Origin: a virus
IMG/VR virus record: IMGVR_UViG_3300027131_000001
Direction: 5' to 3' (one strand)
DNA length: 64,000 bases
Shown: piece by piece, positions 57,338 to 64,000 of the stretch
Numbering within the stretch: the first letter of the stretch is position 1
How the letters are laid out: each line of letters opens with the position of its first letter
Program-made: the position numbers and the translations under genes
Notes under the pieces: generated by a model
What the model was told of the DNA's origin: nothing
Databases searched by the model: none
Seen by the model: only the letters and a program-made list of their open reading frames with translations

Positions 57338-59872
57338 CTATTCGAAGAATTGTTCTAGTGTTTGTCTACGGTCTTTGATCTGCCAACCAACAGCATCGAG
57401 AATCGACTTGATTGGTTCCAAGAATGATTTATCAAACTGAGTTTCGTAGTCAACATACGGATGAATATTCAGCACCTTTGGTAATTCCCCAGGTGAAGAT
57501 ATCACAGAGTCACGAGCTGGGTTCGGTGTACGGAGATATGCAAACTTAATCTTGTCCCCGTCACGTATGATTGGATACTTTGTATCTAGCTTGTGCTCTC
57601 TTAGCAGTGCATTGTATATCAAAGAACCCTTGACGTGAATTGGTGTAGACTTTCTGTATATCGAGGATGCATCTTGGTACTTCTTTAAATCTCTCACACT
57701 TCTCGGAAATGCAATCTCTTCAAATGGCAAGGTCATGAACTCCATCTTAAAATCTGTGATGAACTTGATAGCAGCTTTCTCATCTTCGTTCATAATCACT
57801 TCGAGAGCCTTCTTAATGTTCTTTCTACAAGCAGCAGGAGTAGAAGACCGGACAGCCTCGATCCCTTGCATCTTCAACTTAGGCTCGTTGTACTGAACAC
57901 CTTCGTTATTGTATACGTTCAGAATGTAATGCTTCTTGCCAGTCCATATACCTTTATTAGCAATTGCTTCACGCTTCATCACCATCTTCTGCTTCATCAC
58001 CTGCATGTAGTCACCAAGCTCATCAAACGTCTTATCGATGAATGGTTGGATCTTCTTCTCACATACATCATCGAGGAACTTGACAATCTTCTGAGTGTCT
58101 TGTTGTTCGTCTCCGAACACACCCTTGACCAGTCTTTCCATGCGAATGTACATCGAGTCTGTATCACAAGCAATCACATAGTCTTCGTCCTCAGTCTTGA
58201 ACAACTTATTCAAGTATTGGTTAATGTGCTTCTCCATCCAACGAATTGATAGCTGGCCAGACATTGTAATACCTTCAGCAAGGTTACGTTGGTACCATCT
58301 AAAGTAAACATTACCCAAAGCACCATAAGCACTGTTAAGCTGAATCTTCTTGGCCATCTGCATGTTGTTGCATCTAGCAATCTCGTTTGCAAGTTCACGA
58401 GTAGGAGTTTGTTCGTATTGTTTCTTTGCTTCGATCATACGCTTCTTCCAAACGGTACGATCGTTGTACATATTCTCCATCAACGTAGGAAGGAATCCAA
58501 CATTGTTCTTACTAAACAAAGCACCGTTAGGACACATTGTCATGTTCTGATCTTTTAGAAGCTTTTCAAACTCATCACCGACCTGTTTGTTTAGACATCT
58601 TTCAATCGTTACTTCATCTACAACACCAATGTAAGTATCTGGGCTAATGTTGTATTGCATAATCAAATGTGGATAGAGACTATTCAAGTCAAATGAGCAA
58701 ACCCAGTTATGTAATCCAACTTGAGGATCTTTGACATAGGCTCCAATAATTGGGCCCATCTCTCTATCAACCTCCTGTCTATCATCGAGTACGCTACGTT
58801 CAACATTATCAACAACAATACCACGATCCATCAAGTAGTTTGTAATAATGATATCCCAAATGCGAACAGTCGTGAATGTATCAACATAGTTGACCTTCGC
58901 ATCATATGCAATAGCAAACACCTGCTCAATGAACTTCAGCTTCTCTTCTAACTTATCAACCAACACAACGTCGTGGATGTTGTAGTCAACAAACTTTTCA
59001 AAGTTCTGCATATAGAACTCATGCATCGACTCGTATTCAGAATAGTCTAGCTTCTTTTCACCAAGCTCATACTCAGCAATGTGATCTAGCTTATATGATT
59101 CTTGTGGTGTATAGGAGAACTTCTTATAAAGAGCCAAGTAGTCAAGAACAGCAATACCGTACAGGTCATATACTTTAGGTGCTGTTGGATCTTTACCAAT
59201 CTGGCGTTCCTTCACAATGTTCCACGGTGATAATTTACTTGCCTGTTTAGCACCAAGTACATTGGTAATTCGTTTGTAAAGATACGGAATGTCAAAATAC
59301 TCTACGTTCCAACCAGTAACAACATCTGGCTTCCACTTATTGGAGTTCCATACTTCCAAGAACTTCTCCAGAAGATCAATCTCGTTCCTGCACTGGATGT
59401 AGGTAACATCTTCACTCTTTGCTTTGTACGGTCGCATACCAAGAACAACTACCTTACCCTTCTTACGAATTGAAAGGGTGATTACTTCTTTGTCGGCATA
59501 TTCCATACTGGGAAAACCATTGAGTGTCGATGTTTCAATGTCAAGTGATACAACATTAATTGAATCAACATCGTAGTTGATCTCACCCTTGAACATTCCG
59601 TGGATTGCTTGATATGTGTAGAGAGTAGATCCGTAGATGTCAAACCCAGCAACATCTTCGTATTTCTTTAGAAACTCTCTTGCACTCTTAACACTTTCAA
59701 AATCAATCTTATCGACAGTGCGACCTGTCAATGTTTGGTAGTTGGAATTGTTGTTAGAATTTACAAATAAATAGGGGCGGTAGGTATCACGATACTCAAA
59801 ACGCTTACCGTTCTCATATCCTCTTGCATAGACACTGTCGCCGTAAACAAATACGTTCGTGTAAAACTTCAT
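57338..59872 (-). CDS. family B DNA polymerase (T4 gp43-like), uninterrupted
   Basis: DIET, GWNVEYFDIPY, DLNSLYP, KKIQLNSAYG and CDTDS; promoter TTGAAT-N17-TATAAT at 59925-59897. Confidence 0.97.
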   Translation of the reverse strand: MKFYTNVFVYGDSVYARGYENGKRFEYRDTYRPYLFVNSNNNSNYQTLTGRTVDKIDFESVKSAREFLKKYEDVAGFDIYGSTLYTYQAIHGMFKGEINYDVDSINVVSLDIETSTLNGFPSMEYADKEVITLSIRKKGKVVVLGMRPYKAKSEDVTYIQCRNEIDLLEKFLEVWNSNKWKPDVVTGWNVEYFDIPYLYKRITNVLGAKQASKLSPWNIVKERQIGKDPTAPKVYDLYGIAVLDYLALYKKFSYTPQESYKLDHIAEYELGEKKLDYSEYESMHEFYMQNFEKFVDYNIHDVVLVDKLEEKLKFIEQVFAIAYDAKVNYVDTFTTVRIWDIIITNYLMDRGIVVDNVERSVLDDRQEVDREMGPIIGAYVKDPQVGLHNWVCSFDLNSLYPHLIMQYNISPDTYIGVVDEVTIERCLNKQVGDEFEKLLKDQNMTMCPNGALFSKNNVGFLPTLMENMYNDRTVWKKRMIEAKKQYEQTPTRELANEIARCNNMQMAKKIQLNSAYGALGNVYFRWYQRNLAEGITMSGQLSIRWMEKHINQYLNKLFKTEDEDYVIACDTDSMYIRMERLVKGVFGDEQQDTQKIVKFLDDVCEKKIQPFIDKTFDELGDYMQVMKQKMVMKREAIANKGIWTGKKHYILNVYNNEGVQYNEPKLKMQGIEAVRSSTPAACRKNIKKALEVIMNEDEKAAIKFITDFKMEFMTLPFEEIAFPRSVRDLKKYQDASSIYRKSTPIHVKGSLIYNALLREHKLDTKYPIIRDGDKIKFAYLRTPNPARDSVISSPGELPKVLNIHPYVDYETQFDKSFLEPIKSILDAVGWQIKDRRQTLEQFFE

Positions 59873-59928
59873 ACTTCTTTCTCAGTAAAGAAAGCAATTA
59901 TACAGCAGATCAATTAAAGATTCAACTG

Positions 59929-60231
59929 CTACCTAATTGATGATGCAATTTGGATACCTGAACCGAACATTCGGCTGTAGTTATTTTGAAGATCTACTGA
60001 AGGTTTGTATGTCGTCATTACATGCTCTTCTTTGAATACAAATTCATTATCCTCAGCATACGGAGCATATGGATACAACGAAACACCAACACCATCTTTT
60101 GTTGGAACCAGTTGGACGATGCCAACGTTGGTCAGTTTGTATTTTTTGTGTTCGTGGTTCAGAGTTTTAATCACATCGAGATCACCAATTAAATCTTCAC
60201 CAGTAATCAATCTAACAATATAGAGGTTCAT
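59929..60231 (-). CDS. conserved Sm-fold-like hypothetical protein
   Basis: IVRLITGEDLIG...YSRMFGSGI; typical neighbour of gp43. Confidence 0.65.
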   Translation of the reverse strand: MNLYIVRLITGEDLIGDLDVIKTLNHEHKKYKLTNVGIVQLVPTKDGVGVSLYPYAPYAEDNEFVFKEEHVMTTYKPSVDLQNNYSRMFGSGIQIASSIR

Positions 60232-60246
60232 TATAATCCTTAAATT

Positions 60247-60270
60247 AAAAAGCCGGCCATTGCGGCCGGC
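60247..60270 (-). terminator. intrinsic terminator after hsp20
   Basis: GCCGGCC-GCAAT-GGCCGGC-TTTTT. Confidence 0.85.
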
Positions 60271-60277
60271 GTACTTC

Positions 60278-60826
60278 TTAGATCAAGTTGGGATCTTGTT
60301 CCATTAACAACTCACCCATAGGTTTGGTATCTTTTGATTTGCCTTTTGCGGGCTTCTCATTGATCTCAATTTTCTTTGGTTTTTTGTGATCTGGAATGAT
60401 TCTCTCCAAGAAGATCTTTAGCATTCCGTTCATCATCTCAGCATTCTGAATCTCAACTTGGTCGTTAAGAACAAATGTGCGATTGAAGGCACGGTTTGCA
60501 ATTCCTTTGAAAAGGAAGTTTTCGTTTTCATTGTCATCAGTTGCCTTACCAGCAACCATCAACTTACCATCATCAAAAGTAATTTCGACATCAGTCTTTG
60601 CAAAACCAGCAACAGCTAGCTCAACAACGTACTTATTGTCTTCTACTTTTTTGATATTGTAAGGGGGATAGTTGGGAATATTTTTGGCAACTTCATCATG
60701 AAGTTTTGCAAGTCTATTGAATGGTTCGTCAAAACCAACAAAGAACTTATCCATATCCTTAGTTCCAAGTTTGAAACCAGGGCCAAAGGCAAATGTGTTT
60801 GCCAGTGCGTGTAGTGCATCAGTCAT
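60278..60826 (-). CDS. small heat-shock protein Hsp20 (IbpA-like)
   Basis: NYPPYNI, ELAVAGF, KGIANRAFNRTF and NGMLKI...KKIEI. Confidence 0.93.
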   Translation of the reverse strand: MTDALHALANTFAFGPGFKLGTKDMDKFFVGFDEPFNRLAKLHDEVAKNIPNYPPYNIKKVEDNKYVVELAVAGFAKTDVEITFDDGKLMVAGKATDDNENENFLFKGIANRAFNRTFVLNDQVEIQNAEMMNGMLKIFLERIIPDHKKPKKIEINEKPAKGKSKDTKPMGELLMEQDPNLI

Positions 60827-60884
60827 TTAAGACCTCCTATTAAGCAAGGTTAAGAAAGTGTGCCCCTAACGGCGGCACACTTCT
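60824..60884 (-). promoter_or_regulatory. ROSE-like RNA thermometer in the hsp20 5'UTR
   Basis: 5' hairpin AAGTGTGCC...GGCACACTT, then CCTTGCT-TAAT-AGGAGG (UUGCU with bulged G paired to the SD). Confidence 0.7.
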
Positions 60885-60914
60885 ATTTATACATCATCCA
60901 CTAAAGGTAGTCAA
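60884..60914 (-). promoter_or_regulatory. composite early/late promoter for hsp20
   Basis: TTGACT-N17-TATAAATA. Confidence 0.7.
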
Positions 60915-61657
60915 CTTTTTATTGATTCAAAGTGTAAATTTGCAACAATAAATTCTTTAACTAGATTACTTCTGACAATATCTTCAACATCAAATTCAAT
61001 GTTTCTGAATGATGGCATTCTGTTAATGATCTGTACAAAGTCCTTTAGTCCAGATTGATCATGCTTTTTATTAAGGTCTGTTTGCTTGAAGTCGCCACAG
61101 AACAGAATTCTAGAACCCTCACCTACTCTGGTAATGATTGAGCTCAGTTCTTGGAAGTTCATGTTCTGACATTCATCAACAATAATAATTGCTTTGTCAA
61201 TTGTAATGCCGCGAACAAAAGATGTGATCAAGAATTCGATATTCTTTTGTTCAACTAGTCTTTCATACGCCTGATCAGTATTAAACAGGTCTTTGCATAT
61301 TGCTTTATAGGGTGCGAGATAAACGTCTGTCTTTTCTTTCTCGTCTCCAGGTAGGTGTCCAATCTCTCTAGACGGTACTACTGAGCGAACAATAACAACC
61401 TTTTCAAAATTGCTACGGTTATTCATCATATCTTCTAGTGCTTTATAGACCGAGATAAATGTTTTTCCTGTACCTGCTGCTCCGTGCAGCATTAATGCTT
61501 GATGTCCTTCATCATATAATTCGTAAAACTTTCTTTGGTTTCTAGTTAGAGGGTCAAATAATTGTAAGTCTTCGTATTTTAATTTCAGCTTCCTTCTGTT
61601 AGATTGATCTGGGAATGGGTGAACGGATGCTTGGGACACTCTAGCCTGTTTTCTCAT
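60911..61657 (-). CDS. phoH: PhoH-family ATPase
   Basis: GAAGTGKT, RSVVP, GHLPG, RGIT, DECQN, TRVG and GDFKQ. Confidence 0.93.
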   Translation of the reverse strand: MRKQARVSQASVHPFPDQSNRRKLKLKYEDLQLFDPLTRNQRKFYELYDEGHQALMLHGAAGTGKTFISVYKALEDMMNNRSNFEKVVIVRSVVPSREIGHLPGDEKEKTDVYLAPYKAICKDLFNTDQAYERLVEQKNIEFLITSFVRGITIDKAIIIVDECQNMNFQELSSIITRVGEGSRILFCGDFKQTDLNKKHDQSGLKDFVQIINRMPSFRNIEFDVEDIVRSNLVKEFIVANLHFESIKS

Positions 61658-61682
61658 GGACTACCCTTGTTGTTATAGTTAG

Positions 61683-61722
61683 AAACAAAAAAAGACACAA
61701 GTCTCTCGACCGTGTGTCTTTT
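61683..61722 (-). terminator. terminator-like hairpin upstream of phoH
   Basis: AAAAGACACA...TGTGTCTTTT followed by TTTGTTT. Confidence 0.65.
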
Positions 61723-61791
61723 GCTTATTTGACTACTTTTTTCTATCAGTCATCAAATTCCTTTATATTCCATTTGAAATTATTTATCATT

Positions 61792-62269
61792 TTAAAACCC
61801 TAAGATCGTCGGGGAGAATTTCAATGGCTTACCAGGTTCGTAATCTTTGGTAAAATAATCTACCATCATCTCAAACCTGAATGCTGAGTCTTCCTCACCA
61901 ACATCAGCACATTTCTTTTGTGCATCTTGCAGAAACTTAATTAGTTTAAAGTGGTTGATACCAGTTTCCCGAATAGAAGGACCTTGAGAACCACGATGAG
62001 GACTAAACATTTTGAGGATCCTCTACAATTACTGCACTGAGAATACTATCAATACGAAATGAACGCCAAGATTGTTTTTCTATATCCCAAACAGCAATCA
62101 CATCATTATTTTCTGGTTTTACTTTATCTGTTTTCTTCTCATACGGCCATGAGAAGCTCTCTTGCAGTGTACAAATCATCTCACGTACGTTTCCGTCTGT
62201 TTTTGTAAACTCAACCTTCATTACAGTCTGTTGCAGCTGCGAGCGGATAGATTCCTTCGTGTATTCCAT
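61792..62269 (-). CDS. two small proteins: 61792-62010 hypothetical; 62003-62269 WYL/SH3-like
   Basis: VEFTKTDGNVREMICTL...VWDIEKQSWRSFR. Confidence 0.7.
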
Positions 62270-62711
62270 TTTTCCACCTTTCATAATCATCATAAAAATA
62301 TTCCGAGACTTCAACGTTAGCCTCTGATAGCATTATACGTGATGTATCAAAATTAAACAACGAGTCTCTAGGATTATTTGGCTTTAAGGTTACTACCCTT
62401 TTAATACCGCGTTGAATAATAGACTTGGTACATTCGTTACAGGGAAACAAAGTACAGTATAAAGTAGCACCATCTACGCTACCGGGACTGTTGTCTAGTG
62501 CGTTTCGTTCTGCATGACAGACATATAACAACTTGGTCTCTCTATTTGAGTAACGATATGAGTAGTCTTTGACACCGGTTGGAAACCCGTTATAACCAAC
62601 GCTAATCACTCTTTTACGAGAATCAACTATGCAGCTACCAATTTTACGAGAAGGGTCCTTAGACCACGATGCTACTGTTTCACAGAGTTGAATAAATCGC
62701 ATATCCCACAT
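62211..62711 (-). CDS. dCMP deaminase
   Basis: SKDP, GYNGFP, HAERNA and PCNEC. Confidence 0.93.
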   Translation of the reverse strand: MWDMRFIQLCETVASWSKDPSRKIGSCIVDSRKRVISVGYNGFPTGVKDYSYRYSNRETKLLYVCHAERNALDNSPGSVDGATLYCTLFPCNECTKSIIQRGIKRVVTLKPNNPRDSLFNFDTSRIMLSEANVEVSEYFYDDYERWKNGIHEGIYPLAAATDCNEG

Positions 62712-62712
62712 A

Positions 62713-63186
62713 TTAAACCACCACGTTTCTTTCCCAAGGATTAACTAAAAGAGAAAATCTCTCACCTTTATAATCATTCACAACATGCATCACACCAGGA
62801 GACATAATAATAATTCTATTCGTCTTTGGAGATATTTTTATACCAATATCTGTGTGGAGCTCACCACCAACAAGATCAGAATCTACATACGGATAAAAAA
62901 TAATAGAACACAATGGATACTCTAATTCACCAGTTGTATTAAATTTGTGTTCATTTTTATCGTAGTGCCACCCTGTACGAGTATTGTACTGGCTCCACAC
63001 TTCAAATCCAGCACTTGCCGATATATCAATAAATTTGCTGGCTATTGATGATAGTTTTTGAACATATTGGTCTGCAACATCATGGCTAATCCAGCTTAAC
63101 GGAATGGTTGATTTAGAGTTATTATATTTTTGGTAAATATCACTAAGTTCAATATCTGTAAAGATGTTATCACCAACAAAAACCAT
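62713..63186 (-). CDS. 2OG-Fe(II) oxygenase-like protein
   Basis: WHYD, GGEL, NRIII...MH and R-x-S. Confidence 0.78.
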   Translation of the reverse strand: MVFVGDNIFTDIELSDIYQKYNNSKSTIPLSWISHDVADQYVQKLSSIASKFIDISASAGFEVWSQYNTRTGWHYDKNEHKFNTTGELEYPLCSIIFYPYVDSDLVGGELHTDIGIKISPKTNRIIIMSPGVMHVVNDYKGERFSLLVNPWERNVVV

Positions 63187-63189
63187 AGA

Positions 63190-63585
63190 TTACCTTTTTT
63201 TGCCAATATTATATTTTGCAACAAGCTCCCACTCATCCTTCTCTTTATGGGTTATTACTTTCACTTGAGAGAACGGTGCAACAGGAGTACTAGACTTCTC
63301 TGCATTAACTAATTTAATCAATCCCCACTCGGCCAGCAAATTAACTATTGTGTTTCTTCTTGCTACATCATCTTCTGAGAAGTTAGATGGCTTACCATCC
63401 AATGCAAAGAGTTCTTTGAAGTGGACAATATAATACTTTCCTTGCTTATGAAGGATATGGCAAGATTGGAATAGTTTTTTATCTTTGCGCGAGGCGACAC
63501 CAATACGAGTCAATGTCTCTTTAATTTTAAGGAAGTCCTCTTCAGAAGTCAACAACACTTCAATTAGACTGTCAATAGTATTCAT
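63190..63585 (-). CDS. regA: translational repressor RegA
   Basis: DFLKIKETLTRIGVAS...QSCHILHKQGKYYIVHFKELF. Confidence 0.95.
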   Translation of the reverse strand: MNTIDSLIEVLLTSEEDFLKIKETLTRIGVASRKDKKLFQSCHILHKQGKYYIVHFKELFALDGKPSNFSEDDVARRNTIVNLLAEWGLIKLVNAEKSSTPVAPFSQVKVITHKEKDEWELVAKYNIGKKR

Positions 63586-63959
63586 GATTGTCCACCTTTT
63601 TCTAATTTTTCTTTTATAGTGATCAATTGATCAGAAGAAAGGATTGACAATGCGCTCTTAGCTTTTTCTGGACTGTACCCATAATATTCCATTACAGCTG
63701 CAAGATCATCATCTTCTTGCTTCTTCACCCACTTTGCAAATCGCCTGGCAGGTCTTACTGTATTTAGGAAAAACTGGAATTGGAGCTTGGAGTCAGTGAG
63801 ATGGCGTCTATTCATCTCATTGGCATACATCACAGTATCGGGAAAGTAGGAAAGAGCCTTGTTAACAAGAAACGGCTGGTAGAGTCTTTCTACAGCCGGA
63901 TCTTCCATTAGGTCTTTCTTACTTTGTGATATTGCATTAACAAAGTCGAACGGAGACAT
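63582..63959 (-). CDS. clamp loader small subunit (T4 gp62-like)
   Basis: PFLVNKALS...ANEMN...YYGYS; directly upstream of regA. Confidence 0.9.
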   Translation of the reverse strand: MSPFDFVNAISQSKKDLMEDPAVERLYQPFLVNKALSYFPDTVMYANEMNRRHLTDSKLQFQFFLNTVRPARRFAKWVKKQEDDDLAAVMEYYGYSPEKAKSALSILSSDQLITIKEKLEKGGQS

Positions 63960-64000
63960 TACCAGATCATCCGCACAAGGCCAACTGAGTCAATTGTTAC

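Noticed and set aside
28836-59872. Introns or inteins in nrdA, nrdB, thyX, helicase or DNA polymerase
   Set aside because: All are continuous and of ordinary length, with no intein or homing-endonuclease insertion evident
1204-63312. Dozens of plus-strand ORFs in the track (other than 25034..25843)
   Set aside because: They are antisense shadows of well-supported minus-strand genes, without RBSs or recognisable motifs
1-64000. Stop-codon reassignment
   Set aside because: Core genes are full length in the standard code, and TAA, TAG and TGA all terminate genes

Overview
A 64-kb segment of a large T4-like (gp43/gp41/gp61/gp62/regA/uvsX/hsp20/phoH-type) myophage genome. It uses the standard genetic code and almost all genes are on the minus strand; the host is most likely an aquatic betaproteobacterium (inference from the tmRNA and pqqA types). 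Reading in the direction of transcription (right to left): a replication block (gp62, regA, dCMP deaminase, phoH, hsp20, gp43, uvsX, gp41, ClpP-like); a block of putative capsid-internal proteins with T4-style N-terminal targeting peptides; a lysis/envelope block (spanins, secreted nuclease, GH19 endolysin, holin candidates); primase and nucleotide metabolism (thyX, nrdA/nrdB, thioredoxin, ErpA); a porin, a tRNA-Met(CAU), glycan-modifying enzymes and RNase H; a PlcP-like phospholipase plus glycosyltransferase pair; about 18 kb of short early genes driven by a repeated promoter cassette; and finally a circularly permuted two-piece tmRNA followed by an unannotated pqqA precursor-peptide gene at the window edge. 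The most notable items are: the phage pqqA plus permuted tmRNA; a candidate phage phospholipid-to-glycolipid remodelling (phosphate-mining) module; a putative virion-injected ligase-like/nucleotidyltransferase/nuclease trio; a fixed-spacing upstream box on five early promoters; a ROSE-like thermometer on hsp20; and a GC-rich four-hairpin element. All family assignments are from motif recognition by eye; no database searches were run.
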